This document shows positions 39,362 through 53,734 of a stretch of 64,000 bases of DNA, one piece after another; position 1 is the stretch's first letter; each line of letters begins with the position of its first letter. This stretch comes from Octopus vulgaris (taxonomy: Eukaryota): contig OX597820.1 in NCBI GenBank assembly GCA_951406725.2, forward strand, positions 31,124,001-31,188,000, in the 5' to 3' direction. Under the pieces are notes generated by a model, which saw only the letters and a program-made list of their open reading frames with translations, ran no database searches and had not been told where the DNA came from. The position numbers were made by a program, and so were the translations under genes.

Positions 39362-39515
39362 GGGCTACTTTCAGTTTCCATTGGTCAAATCCACTCACAA
39401 AGCTTTAGTTGGCCTGAGGCTATAGTAGAAGACACTTGCCCAAGGTGACATGCAGTGGGACTGAACCTGGAACCATGTAGTTGGAATGCAAGCCCCTTAC
39501 CACACAGGTGTGCCA
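39115..39515 (-). mobile_element. Family-B SINE, inverted relative to 38670-39058
   Basis: Reverse complement of the family consensus. Confidence 0.85.
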
Positions 39516-40373
39516 TGTCTATATATTTTGGACCCAGATATTCTTTGAACTTTGATAATTTGGAAAAAAAACCACATTTCCTTCCAAACATCCAACAAGA
39601 TAAAGGATTGTTGATTTAGTGTACTGAATATCTAATTCCCGCATCACTTGCCACATTGCGTCTGTCCATTATAATATTGCACCAGACGCCTCTGCAAATT
39701 GTACACTTCAAATATATTGATTTGGCTTCCAAGCTTTCAGATTATAATTTTGTTACTACAGTAAATATTTGCAAAAAATGTATTATGACTTTTTAAATAC
39801 TTTCAATTTTTTTTTTTTTTTTGTGCTGTTCTTTTTTTTAACAGAAATATTACACATAAATTTTTCATTGAAATCATATTAAATGACAACAAATTCTCTC
39901 AACACCCCCATACACAATAATACCAAGAAAAATACTTTCACTTTAATTTTAGCCGACTGATATATTATAACCTGTGAAATAGTGTAATTTATACAAAGAA
40001 AGGTTAATTGCAATCATTTTGAAACACAAGATTACTCTGAAATTTTATAAATACTTTTTTGAATCAGTGTTATTGGCTTATTAACTAATATTGAACTGAT
40101 AACATATTTAAATTATATTTACGGTAATGCATGAAACTAATAGAAATTATATTAAATGAGTAAACAAACTAATAGTGTCATACTTTGGAAAAAAAGAAGA
40201 GAAAAAAAGATGAAATAATTTTAATGCATTTTTCTTTCTTACAAGCAAATGGTTGAAAAATTAAACAGTTTGTAAATGAAATAATGTTCAACATGAGTTA
40301 GAAAGTAATATATATTTTCAAGTTATTATTTTTTACCATTTACTCATGGGGCAATCCCTTAAAGGGTTTAGTC

Positions 40374-40898
40374 CAGTGGTTTTCAACTGTGGTCTACATG
40401 GCCCTTAGCTGTCCACATAAGATTTTGTTGTAAAAATATGTAATAAACTGATTATGCTTTTACAATATGCATAACATTTTAGTAATTGTTTTTATACAAT
40501 TTTTAATATTTAATTATAAAAATATTATAGGGTGGCCGACGCCAGCGCTGCCTTGACTGGCTCCTGTGCCCTGTGCCGGTGGCACATAAAAAGCACCATC
40601 TGAACGTGGCCAATGCCAGCGCCACCTTGACTGGCTTCTGTTCCGGTGGCGCGTAAAAAGCACCCACTACACTCACGGAGTGGTTGGCATTAGGAAGGGC
40701 ATCCAGCTGTAGAAACACTGCTAGATCAGACTGGAGCCTGGTGCAGCCTCCTGGCTTCCCAGACCCCGGTCGAACCGTACAACCCATGCTAGCACGGAAA
40801 ACGGACGTTAAACGATGATGATGAATGGTTAGGAGGGTCCACTCAAATAAGATAGGAATCAAAGGGATCCATAGGTAAAAAGTGGTTGAGAAACACTA
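40374..40898. mobile_element. hAT (Charlie-like) MITE interrupted by a family-C element (40530-40825)
   Basis: Ends cagtggttttcaac / ggttgagaaacacta; internal sequence homologous to 18834-19349. Confidence 0.7.
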
Positions 40899-41276
40899 GT
40901 ATACCCTAACTACTAAGATTGCAAAGTCATGAGTTCAATTCCCATCAACACACTGTGTCCTTAAACAAGACTCTTTATTTCACGTTGCTCCAGGTCACGC
41001 GGCTGGCAAAAATGAGTAGTACCTGTGTTTCAAAGGACCAGCTTTGTCGCATTGTGTATCGCACTAAATTTCCCTGAGAACTATATTAAAGGTACACAAG
41101 TCTGTGGAGTGCTCAACCACTTGCATGTTAATTTCATAAGCAGGCTGCTCTGTTGTTCAAATCAAACCGGAACCCTTGTTGTCGTAATCGGTGAAGTACC
41201 AATTATCAAGATATGCTGATAGTCATACAGACTAAGTAGTAACATGACCAACCCACTCAAATAACATTATCCTGAT

Positions 41277-42050
41277 CATCATCATTTAATGTCCGTTATC
41301 CATGCTGACATGAGTTGGATGGTTTGACCAGGGCTGGCAAGCTGGAAGGCTGCACCAGACTCTAGTCTAATTTGGCATGGTTTCTATGGCTGAATGCCCT
41401 TTCTAACACCAACCACTCCGAGAGAGTAATGGGTGCTTTTATGTGTCATTTGCATGACGCCAGTGTCTGCACGACTTGGCTTGATGGGTCTTCTCAAGTA
41501 CGACATAATTCCAAAGGTCTTGGTCATTGCCTCCATGAGGCCCAACACTCAAAAGGAGCTTTTCATGTGCCACTGCTATCAGCCACACTGCCTTTGTGAG
41601 GTCCAGCACTCAAAGGGTGCTTTTTACGTGCCGCCGGCATGGGTGTCAGTTATGTGACACCAACATCAGTCATGACTATGATTTCATATGGCTTGACTGG
41701 TCTTCTCAAGCACAGCATACTGCTAAAGGTCTTGCTCACTAGTCATTGCCTGTGAGGCCCAAATTCAAAGATCATGCTTCACCACTTTGTCCCATGTTTT
41801 CCTGGATCTACCTCTACTACAGGTCCCTCCACAGTTAGAGACTAGCATTTCTCTACACAGCTGTCCTTGTCCATATACATCACATGGCCATACCAGTGCA
41901 GTCGTCTCTCCTGCACACCACACCTGATGCTTCTTATGTCCAACCTTTCTCTCAAGATGCTTACAATCTGTCGAACAAGCACACTGATATTGCACATTCA
42001 ATGAAGCATACTGGTTTCATCTCATTCAAGCCTATGCATATACTCAGCTG
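41277..42050 (-). mobile_element. 5'-truncated RTE-clade LINE (ORF C-terminus plus 3' UTR = family C)
   Basis: Frameshifted ...IRCGVQERRLHWYGHVMYM...GTCSRGRSRKTWDKVVKHDL, followed by tandem-repeat UTR and the family-C tail ending in gatgatg. Confidence 0.75.
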
Positions 42051-43892
42051 TCAGCCACTTTTAATTTGTTTTTGTCATTGGTCAGTAAGTGTTATTTTCT
42101 AGAAATCAATGGAAATGACTACTATTCTTTTCAAACTTTGTTTTTGTGACCTGGACATCAATGTTCTGAAACTGACCTATTTTTCATTACATTTCAGATG
42201 GATTCAGTGCCAAGTTGCTGAAGCAGAATTTTCTAGAAGCTTTTAGAATTTCTAGAATGTACTAGCAACATAGATGACAGATAAATACAGGGACTGTAAA
42301 CTCAACAGTTCAGTATACTTCTAGTTATCTGAGTGGAGACAAGTGGGCAAAAACAAAGTTTGAAGGAAATATTAGCCATTTTTCATACTTTCTAAGAAAT
42401 AACAGCTGCTACCCAAGGACAAAAATCATGTTACACAGTGTAATTTGCTTGTGTGTGTGTGTATATATATATGAATGTATATGTGAGTACATGCAATGTG
42501 CATTACTGCATGTTGGAAATTTTGAAGCCAGATGAAAAGCATTCAGTTTTTTGTTCCCACTTTTTGAATAATTAGATTTAAAAACAAACAAACTTGCATT
42601 ATACTTTCAAGATAAAATAAAATAACCATGTGGTTAAGGAGTCTGCTTTGCAACCAAGTGATTCTAGGTTTGATCTCACTGTTCAGTGCTATAGCTAAAT
42701 GTTTTTTCCACTGTAGTGTTAAGTCAGCAAAAGCCTTGTGGTTGAAATTTGGTCAACAGAAATTTGTGCAGAAGACTATTGTTTATTTGTGTGTGTGTGT
42801 GTGTGTGTGTTTGTATTGGCAAGAGAGAGACTAACAAAACTGATGTTATCATTTTAACATCTACTTTTGCATGCTCACATGGATCAGATGAAATTTGTGA
42901 GGCAGATTTTCTATAGCCAGATGCCCTTCAGGTTGCCTATTCTCACTTGTTTCCAACCAAGGTAATATTTCTCCAAGGCCAAATATGTTTTTCATGGAAG
43001 ACTAGAAACAAATGACACTGCTTGTATGGTGATGCTTGTTTACAGCCATGATATGGTGTCAAGACAAGGGTACACATAAACACAAGACATACATGTATAA
43101 AATAAGTTTCTTTTAGTTTCCATCTGCCAAATCCACTCACAAGGCATTGGTCAATTTGGGGCTATAGCTGAAGACGCTTGCTCAAGGTGTCATACAGCAA
43201 ACTTCTCCATCACACTCTTACACCTGGTGTATCTAACAAAAATATATTGTAATATTTACTTTCCAACAAGTATGTCACTTTATGATAAGGAGGACTTTTG
43301 TGTTTTCTCCCTTACAAAATCACCATAAAGTACTGGGGCTGTCAGTGCTGGTGCCACGTAAAAAGCACCAAGTACACTCTGTAAAGTGGTTGGCATTAGG
43401 AAGGGCATCCAGCCATAGAAACCAAGTCAAAACAAACTTTGGATTCTGGTGCAGACCCTGGCCTTGTCAATTCTTATTACGTTATTGCCCACAAGGGGCT
43501 AAACATAGAGGGGACAAACAAGGGACAGATAAAGGGATCAAGTCAATTACATTGACCCCAGTGCGTAACCGGTACTTAATTTATTGACCCCGAAAGGGTG
43601 AAAGGCAAAGTCGACCTTGGTGGAATTCAATCTCAGAACCTAATGGCAGACGAAATACTGCTAAGCATTTCGCCTGGCAAGCTAATCAATTCTTGTCAAG
43701 CCATTTAACCCATGCCAGCATGGAAAATGGACATTAAATGTTGATGATGATGAAGAAAACCCTTCACAACAGTGCCCGAGCATAGCTGCAATTTGAAGGC
43801 TAACTCTAGCAAAAGAATAAATTGACAAAATCTCAGAAATCAGGCCTACTTTGAAATTTACACAATTTTTTCAAGTTCACAATTTCACTTAC

Positions 43893-43991
43893 CCAATCTT
43901 CAATGACTTCTTTGATGGCAGACACTGTAAGGATGAACAGGAGAGGCACTGCCGTTGTGTAACGCCCTGTTGGCGATACATTTGGAATTTG
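43893..43991 (-). CDS. ATP8A1: Flippase exon (99 nt, phase 0->0): [33 protein letters not shown] (TM2)
   Basis: tttcag|CAA acceptor, TGG|gtaagt donor; lies within ORF 43833..44018. Confidence 0.97.
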
Positions 43992-44088
43992 CTGAAAGTA
44001 GAAAATGTCATTGGTCACAGAGAGGTCATAAAATGGTTCATTTTTGCATACAACTTTTTCGTTAAAATTTAAAAGTATAAATTTACAT

Positions 44089-44120
<32 letters not shown>

Positions 44121-44357
44121 CACAAATGAGTTAAGGTTCACTACAGCTGAAAAAATAAACTGTTTTCTTCAGGTGAATTAAAAACTTAAAATTTAAAATT
44201 TGGCTCCGAAAATACCAAGTTGTGGAATGTCTGTTGACCCTCTCATTTTGGCAACATGCTTTCACAAGAATAGTGTTGAAAGTGACTTTGAAGTTTTGGC
44301 CTGTTCTGCCTTCTGAGTTACTATCAGCACTATTCTCGTTGAAGAATAATTAATATA

Positions 44358-44571
44358 TGTGGTGGTGCTGAAAAGTTCCTGGTATTAAGGGTATTGTGAA
44401 AGGCATGGTTGGAGGTCCAGCTTTCCAAGTTCTTTTATAGGCATAGAAAAACTGAGGGATCGCTACAATAAGTGTGAGAATCTGAGATGGGAGTACATTG
44501 AATAAAATCACAATTGACTGATCCTCTTGTATTTTCTTTTACCCAAAGCCAGGAACTTTTCAGCACCCCTG
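44358..44571 (+). mobile_element. Mariner-derived MITE retaining the transposase C-terminus
   Basis: TA-flanked TIRs ggtgctgaaaagttcctgg / ccaggaacttttcagcaccc; internal ...IEKLRDRYNKCENLRWEYIE* resembles the mariner C-terminal GI.KL..RW.KC.....G.Y.E. Confidence 0.8.
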
Positions 44572-47500
44572 TACTTAACAAAAGTATTGAGTACTTTTTC
44601 AGTTTAATGTAAAAGTGTTTTTATAACTCTATATAAAACAAACATTAATATAGGTAGATAGATAGAGAGACAGATAAGTTACTAAGGCAAAGAAGAGCAG
44701 AGTCCTACGCTTCCATGAGGAGACTGATGTGATCACTGCTGAATCTGATTGAAGATAAAACAAGGATAGGGAGAGAACTAAAAGTCTTGTTTAAATGTTT
44801 ATAATAGAATGAACTCCACTAAAGGCACTAAAAGACCAAGTAGTGATGCTAAACTTTCCACACACACACACACACATTCTAAGTCCGTCAGGGAAATGAG
44901 GAAAATGTCCATGATATATGCAAGCCATCTCAGTCCAGTGAGACTGACGCCATGTATCTACAGGTCAGTGTCCGCAGGAAAATTGTGAGTGAATGACCAG
45001 CTAATATTTACTTTCACATAAATTATCATTGTCACCATTGTGATTTCCTGTTGTTATATTTCCATTATCCAAGTTTAAACAACAAGTTTTGGTATATTTG
45101 CTTACATTACTTATAAATATATTATATTTACTTATTAAGTAAATATTTTACAGCTAGATACCTTGAATCCACTTTCAACTGCCAGTTGCTTAACTGTAAA
45201 GTAGGAATAGAATCTGATGTCAGCTGAGAAAGCAACAAATGAAAATGTCTGTAGCAAGGATTACACCATCATTTCTTGACCTTATCTTGTAGCACAATGC
45301 CTCCTTTCACTGAAGGGTCCTTACAAATGACCCCTTGCTATCATCATTTGAATGTCCACTTTTCTGTGCTTGCATGGATTAAATGGAGTTTATTAAAGCG
45401 GGTTTTATATGGCTGGATGCCCTTCCTGTTGCTAACCCTTACCTGTTTCAAAGCAAGGCAATATTTCCCCGTTGCCAACCTGTTTTCACAGTATACTGGA
45501 AATGAGACTACCTGTATGACAGTGACACTCATTTATAACTAACATGCGATATCAACATAACACACACAACAGTTTCCATTGAACAAATCCACTCAGAAGG
45601 CTTTGGTTAGTTCAGGGCTATAGTAGAAAGTGCTATGCCCAAAGTGAACCCAAAACCATAGGGTTAGAAAGCAAACTTTTTAACCACACAGTCATACATG
45701 CACCCTGTATTGCACACACACGCACACACACACAAAATATTTGGAATATTTTAACCCTTTTGTTGTCATATTTCTCTTGTAATACATAGTCTTTTGTTTC
45801 AATTAATTTTGAAAATAACGAAGAAATAAAAAGAAACAAACTTCTGTACCATTATATTAAGTGGGTGTTTAAGATATAAATCAACATGAAATTTTAATGG
45901 AATGCTCTTAATTCAGACCATTTTAAAACCAGGATTTTTTTCATCATAAAACCTGGTGTAGTAACAGACAGGTCTGGTATCAAGAGGGTCAAGTAACCCG
46001 AAGCTAATTTTGTGGTTTATTACCCACATTTTCATTGAGACTGTCTTTCTTTATAGATGTTTGCATGAACTGGTAGCCCCTGTGTGTTAAGTTTTTATGA
46101 AGATTACTTAAAATAGGTGAGGACTTTATCACTTACCTCTTACTTGTTTCAGTCATTAGACTGTGGCCATGCTGGGGCATTGCATTGAGGAACTTTTAGT
46201 CAATTGAATCAACCTCAGTGCTTATTTTATTTTTAAGATTGGTAGTTATTCTATCAGTCTCTTTTGCCAAACCACTAAGTTACAAGGATGTAAACACACC
46301 AATACCAGTTGTCAGGCATGGTGTGGGATAAACACAGACACAGATAGATATACATTGGGCAAATGTCTACTATAGTTTTAGTCCGACCAAAGCCATGTGA
46401 GAGGAATTGGTAGATGGAAACTGAAAGAAGCCTGTGCTATATATATATATATATATATATGACAGTGGCTCCTGATCGATGCCTGATTGGCTGCCGTGCT
46501 GGTAGCATGTAAAAAGCAGCATCCAAACATGGTTGATGCCAGTGCTCCCTGACTGGCTACCATGCTGGTGGCACGTAAAAAACACCCAGTACACTCTCGG
46601 AGTGGTTGGCATTAGGGAGGGCATCCAGCTGCAGAAACCTTGCCAGATAAGATTGGGGCTGGTGCAGCCTACTGGCTTCCCAGTCCTCAATCAAACTGTT
46701 CAATCTAGTAGCCTGGTGCAGCCTACTGGATTGCCAGTCCTCAGTCAAACTGTTCAACACATGTCATCATGGAAAGCTAACATTAAATGATAATGATGAT
46801 GATATCTGTCTGTGTCTGTGTTTGTACTCCACCACTGCTTCACAATTGATGTTGGTTTGATTATGTCCCCATAACTTAGCAGTTTGATAAAAGAAACTGA
46901 TAAAATAAGTGCCAGGATTAAAATAAAATTCTTTAAGACAGTACCCCAGCAAGGCCCCAGTCTAATGACTGAAGCAAGCTAAAGATAAAAGATATTTATT
47001 GTAATGAATTTAAATATTTTATATCTAAAAAAAATGAGAAAGATAAAAAAAAAATCACAACCCCTATAAACATGTGACATTCTTTGTAGCACCTTCTTAA
47101 CATTTACTGCTCCCCTTGTGAGTTCACAATGCCTCCAAAGACGTGTACTATTACCCAGGCTTAGAACCATTAGTTTAAATTCATATTTCTTTTTCAAACA
47201 AACAAAAAAAAAACCCATACACACAAACACATGAGAAGGGAGTGCTACAGAAAGGCAGAAACAAAATGAGGGATGTGCAAAGCATATTGTGGCTAACTTA
47301 TTTTATTGAATGAGCTCAGAGAAATAATGTCACCTTCTGTAGGGTTACACAGAATTGTGTGACAGTGAACTGAAAGACATAACCAGAACTACTGAAATGT
47401 CATAAGAAATGATGAGCAATAAATATAAAAGGAGCACTCCATCGGTTATGACAACGAGGGTCCCAGCTGATATGATCAACGAAACAGCCTGCTGGTGAAA

Positions 47501-48502
47501 TTAACGTGCAAGTGGCTGACCATTCTACAGACACGCATACCCCTAACGTAGTTCTCAGGGAGATTCAGCGTGACACAGAGTGTGACAAGGCTGAGCATTT
47601 GAAATTCAGGTACAACTCGTTTTTGCCAGCTGAGTGGACTGGAGCAACGTGGAATAAAGTGTATTGCTCAAGGACACAACGCGCCGCCGGGAATTGAACT
47701 CAAGACCTTACAATCATGAGCCGAATGCACTAATAAATATATATAAATGAAAATGACATAATTATAAACTATGTGAGAGAGAGGAGACATAGAAAAACAC
47801 AAAGATTGAGAGGAGGAGAGGGAAAAGACAGAGGCAGAGATAAGAGAAAAAAGGAGGAAAAAAGGCTGAGAGATATAGGCAGGGATAGGAATGGAATATA
47901 GAAAGGTAGAGAGAGAGAGCGCAGGGAGAGAAAGAGATCAGGGAGAGAAAGAGATCAGGGAGAGAAAGAGATCAGGGAGAGAGAGAAATAGATCAGAGAG
48001 TGAGAGAAAGAGATCAGAGAGAGAGTAAAGAGACAACGGCAAAATAGAATACAAAGGAGGAGAGAGAGAGAGAGAGAGATGAGTAAGTAGGAAAGAGAAA
48101 GGAAGAAGTTTTTGCGGTGTAGTGTGACTGTACCCAGGTGAAATTGAAGCAGTAATTTGGTTTCAATTACAAGCTAAAATTTAATCCCTTTTTACACAAC
48201 TAAATGCCAATGAGAGACGGTATGACTGTGCCAACTCCAAGAAATTTGAACCCTATTATTTTGATAGGTCATCACTTGTATGCATATGAGTGAGTAATGA
48301 AGGAGTTTTTAAGCACTGGGTTTTTTTTTTTTTACATTACAAAGTATCCATCAGTGGGTAACTGAATATGTAACTTAGATCTAATAAACACGGGCATAGC
48401 TGTGTAGTTAAGCAGTTTGTTTCTCAACCCAATCAACCCCTGGGCTGACAAGGGACTGCCCTGTGAGTGGATTTGATAAAAGCAAACTGAGAAAGAATAT
48501 TG

Positions 48503-48551
<49 letters not shown>

Positions 48552-50899
48552 TTAAAAAGTTACACTGTTTGCATAGTGTTCTGTTGGAATTTCTCTCGTC
48601 AATAAATTACCCACTCGCTTCGTGCCTTTGAAGCCATGTGGCTTGAAAGACAGATAAGGGCGAGCACCAGGAGTGGCATACAGCTGCAAAACAAATGTTT
48701 CCTGATAACATTTTTGCCTAAACCAAATCTAATTTGCAGCATGTCCTCAAAAATAAAATCATACAGCTTACAACCACATGAAAACAACTAGCTAGTAGAT
48801 TTGGTCAGCTGATGTTATCTTCCTTTATCTTTTATTTGTTTCAGTCATTGGACTATGGCCATACTGGGGCACCACCTTGAAGAGTTTTTAGTCTAACAGA
48901 TGTACTTATTCAATTGGTCTCATAGCTGAGCTGCTAAGTTAAAGGGATATAAACAAACCAACATTGGTTGTCTTGTGGTGGAGATGGTGGTAGTGGGACA
49001 TGAACACGGGCAAAGATTCACATGCACACACTTCTATCTATCTATCTATCTATCCATCCATCCACCCACCACACACATATGAAAGCACATGGCTCAGTGG
49101 TTAGAACATCAGGCTCACAATCATGAGGTAGTGAGGGATTCCTGGACCAGGCTGTGTGTTGTGTTCTTGAGCAAGACACTATTTCATGTTGCTCCAGTTT
49201 ATTCATCTATAGAAATAAGTTGCGACGTCACTGGTGCCAAACTGTATGGGCTTTTGCCTTTCCCCTTGGATAACATTGGTGGCATGGAGAGGTGAAGCTG
49301 GTATGCATGGGCGACAGCTGGTCTTCCATAAACAACCTTGCCTCGGCATGTACCTCAGAGGGGAACTTTCTAGGTACAATCCCAGGGTCTTTACCCTTTT
49401 ACATCACACACACACTAACATACACATGATGGCTTCCACACAGTTTCCATCTACCAAATCCACTCACATTGGTCGACCCAAAGCTATCATAGCAGACACT
49501 TGCTCAAGATACTGCACAGTGGAACTAAACTTGAAATCATATGGTTGCAAAGGGTGCTTCTTACCCACACAGCCATGCCTGTATGTAACTGTATTTAAAT
49601 TAAATTCAAATCAACAGAATAATTGAATTTCAGAATATAAGGGGACATAATCACTGATTTTGATTTATCCTTTGACTTCATTCTTCATTGGTGATGGTGA
49701 TGGTAGTGGGGTAAATAAATATTGATATTGCGTTGGTGTCAAATTGATTGCAACCCACCTTCAAAACTTGTGACCTTGTGCCAAAATGAGAACTCATGAT
49801 GATGATGAGGATGACTATGACAAGTATAATGAGCATCCTTTTTGACAGCTGCAAAGAGTGTGATCATACATACACAACCATCTTCTCCTTCCCACCCCAG
49901 TCTCTTACTCTCTCCTCTCGCTGTCACACTCTCACACACACACCCCTAAAGATATACATACTACCAGAGATACGTTCAACTGTGCATGCACACATACACA
50001 CCTACCGAACAGAAAAATATTTGGACATCACCAAAGACCAAGGAGAAGATGCAGGTGCAAAAAAAAAAAAAAGAGAGAGAGAAAAGCAAAGAGGAAAGAA
50101 GGAGGAAGCTAGAGAGACAAGAGAGAGAGAGCAAAGGGGAAAGAAAGAGGAATAGAGACAAAAAGGCAGAATGAGAGAGAGAGAGAGAGGGGGAGAGGGA
50201 AAGAGCAAAGGGGAAAGAGCAAAGGGGAAAGAAAGAGAAAGCAATAGAGACAGAGACAGAATGAGAGAGGGCGGGGTAATGAGTAAGCTGGGATACCAGC
50301 AGCAATGAGTTTATAGTTGATGGGTAGCTGAATGAATACATAAAACGATGAAAGAAGAGAAAGTAAAGATGAAGAAAAAGAAAAGCAAAGAGAGAAGAAG
50401 AAAAAAAGAAAAGAGTTGAAGGAGGATGAAAGGAAAGATGGAGAAAAAAAAACACTGAAGGTGTATTAAATACTGATTTGATTTTTGAATGGATTTGATT
50501 TTGAGATCCAGTGTTGTAGTGATGGTGGTAGTGATGATGTGGTGGTAGTGGTGATGATGATGTACAAGCGTGGAGATGCTGTGGCTGTGGTCATGGAGGG
50601 GTGGTCACGCTTGGTTGTTGATGTAAAATACTGATGCTGAATTCGATGGGGGAAGGGCATATGTATTGGGTGGGTAGGAGCATTGGGTAGGCTTTCCTTG
50701 TTGTGTAGGGGTTGATTGCAGCACACACACACGTGGTTGGCATAGGTGGGTGTGGTAGCGGGTAGATGGCCAAATTGTATTGAGAGAGATGGATAGAAAG
50801 GAAGAGGTAGAGACAAGGAGAGAAGACAGAGAAAGGGAACATGAAGACTCAGGGTGCAGGAGCAAAGAAATGGGGAAAGAGCATAAGTTGGAGAGGAGA

Positions 50900-51250
50900 A
50901 GAAACAAAGAGAAAGACAGAGAGAGCGAGTGAGATATGGAGAGAGAGAGAGAGAGAGAGAGGAAGAGAGCGAGATATGGAGAGAGAGAGTGAGATATGAA
51001 GAAAGGGAGATATGGAGAGTGAGTGAGATATATATAGAGAGTGAGATATGGAGGGAGAGAGAGATATGAAGGGAGAGAGAGAGATATGGAGAGAGAGAGA
51101 TATGAAGGGAGAGAGATATGGAGGGAGAGAGAGATATGGAGGGAGAGAGAGATATGGAGGGAGAGAGAGATATGGAGGAAGAGAGAGATATGGAGGGAGA
51201 GAGAGGGTGAGATATGAAGAGAGAGAGATGGAGAGAGCGAGTGAAAGATT
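50900..51250. repeat. Purine-rich minisatellite (~18-bp gagatatggagggagaga) in GA-rich DNA; a 17-bp GA-rich array also at ~47925-48020
   Basis: Direct inspection. Confidence 0.85.
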
Positions 51251-51740
51251 TGGAGAAAAAGAGTAGCTGATTGAGAGAGTGACTACATTCAAAATGTATT
51301 GATTAGTAAAAACCATTGTAGCAGAGAGAGTATATGGTGGTGGTAATTTGGTGTATTATTCTATGGAGAACTTGACAATGATCAGAAGACTATTTCAGAT
51401 AACAATAACAACAAAAACAGGAAAAAAGATAATATAGAAAAAAAAAAAAAAAAACCCTGAAATTCTTTAAATATATTTACTTTATTTATTATTCTATTAG
51501 TTATTTGCTTTTGTGAATTGTTTCTATCATTTTATTTTAATGTTGTTTGTTTTTCTAAATTCAAATATTTTTTAATCATTTAAATTTTTTTTATTCCATT
51601 CATAGATCTGTTTTTGTTTTTTCTTTTTTGGTAGTTGTTTTTGTTTTTTAAAGAACAATTAAAGACAGGCGAATAGAAAGCTGAGTATGTACCACAATAG
51701 GAGCAAGGCATTGTCAGTACTAATGACAAACATCAGTAGG

Positions 51741-51781
<41 letters not shown>

Positions 51782-53371
51782 CATACATGCACGCACGCAC
51801 ACACACACACAAATGAAATGGTGATGTAGTTGTTTGATTGGTTGGTTGTAGTTGTTGTTGCAGGCGATAATACAGGGTAGAAGTTAGGTAGGCAGGTGGG
51901 TGAGTGATGAGTTTACGTAAAGGGGTGATTCAATACCCATTCCTGCTTATTTTTCGAAGGGTTAAAAATTATAGAAAAAAAAAAAATAAATAAAAAACAT
52001 CAAAAATAAATCTCATCAACATTCACAATAACAACTTCAATGAAACAAATCAAAACAAAAAAAAAAAAAGGACTAAAGGTAAAATGAAAGTAACAGAAAG
52101 TAAAGAAGAAAAACAAAATTGTTTGTGACTGAACAGCAAAAGGTTAAAATACAATTTAGCTTTAAAGGTTCCTTATGTAGGTATGCATGTGTAGGTGAGG
52201 GCTTTTGTTAGTCAATGATTCACACGTACACGTATGCAAAGCTTTTGTAGCGGAGTCATACCTAATGTGTGTGTGTAAGAGGCTTCTGTGTAGCTAAAGG
52301 TTTTTACACAGGAAACATGTGCACATGTTTATGCAAGTGTGAAGACTTTTATGGAAGAATCATGTGGATGTGTATACGTGATGTGATTTAAGGGTTTTTC
52401 CTGGAGGATCGACATTCTTTTATTCTTTTACTTGTTTCAAACATTTTGACAGTGGCCATGCTGGAGCACTGCCCCAAAGAGTTTTAGTCAAACAAATCGA
52501 CCCCAGAAGTTTTTTTTTTTTAAAGCTTAGTACTTATTCTATCAGTCTCTTTTGCCGAACTGCTAAGCTACAGGGACATGAGTACACCAGTACCAGTTGT
52601 CAAGTAGTGGGACACACACACACACACACACGGCAGGCTTCTTCCAGTTTCTGTCAACCAAATCCAATAGCAAGGTTTGAATCAGCCTGAGGCTATAGTA
52701 AAAGACATTTGCCCAAGGTGTCATGCAGTGCGATTGAACTTGGAACCACATGGTTGGGAAACAAGCTTCTTACCACATAGCCATGCCTGAAACTAGTCAC
52801 AAATAAACCTCTTCAGCTTACCTATGACTAGTTTCAAAGTAGGGTCTCAGAGTCCTTAACTACAGACACAAAAGACTGATACAAATACAACAACCATATA
52901 GGTATTTACAGAACAACAGAGAGACATGGTTGACAGGAAAGAAGTTTTCATTTAGCCACAGGGAAGCTCTGACTGAGCAGACCTATTATCAAAAATATTC
53001 CAGCTTTGGCCATCCTGTCTTTTCCTATATGTAAGTCTAGATTAACCAATGTGCTTTTACATTTCTGAAGACAGTAGGAGGCTATCCAATGAAGATTTGG
53101 TTGCTACTTCTAAAAGGTGCAGCAGTTTTGTAGAAGCATCTCTGGTGATTCAAGGGAGGAAAAGTGATGCTTGAGGTCCCTTGTAGGCTACTTATCTAAC
53201 CACCTGTATGCTAAGGACCAAAAGCAAGATTTATGGTCCTCTCTCATGCCAAAACCTTGTATTAAACTTCATGCAAAACCTCTGCAGAGATGAAAGGTCA
53301 TGATGACCTAGGCAGTATTTAAAATACAGTACTCTAAGGATAGTAAATATTTCATTTTCAGAATACTGCCT

Positions 53372-53680
53372 GGAGAGTGTCATTTTCTTTTTGTGCCTTA
53401 TAATTTAACGCACTCAACGGTAAAATTTCCACTTATTTCTTATTTTTATTTTCCTAGAATTTTCGTTGCATCTTGCAACCTTTTCAAGAGTCAAGACTGT
53501 TGAAAAGGTTGCAAGAATCAACGAAAATTTTAGGAAAATAAAAATAAGAAATATGTGGAAATTTTACCGTTGAGTGCGTTAAATTATAAGGCACAAAAAG
53601 AAAATGACTCTCCGCAGACACAACAGAATATGCTTCAACACATGAACTCATATAAAGAATTTTGCAAACCAAATCCAAAA
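53372..53680. mobile_element. Inverted pair of Penelope-like pLTR fragments (arms 53372-53487 / 53500-53613) with a 3' tail on the right arm
   Basis: ~115-bp arms, 12-nt loop; centre ttgaaaag-gttgc aaga tgcaac-gaaa resembles a decayed hammerhead. Confidence 0.6.
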
Positions 53681-53734
53681 CTGAAATATATATATATATA
53701 TTTATATATATTCTATGGAGTCGTTATGCCAATA

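Noticed and set aside
49796-51316. S/L/F-rich and E/R-rich ORFs of 100-160 aa
   Set aside because: GA/CT low-complexity DNA.
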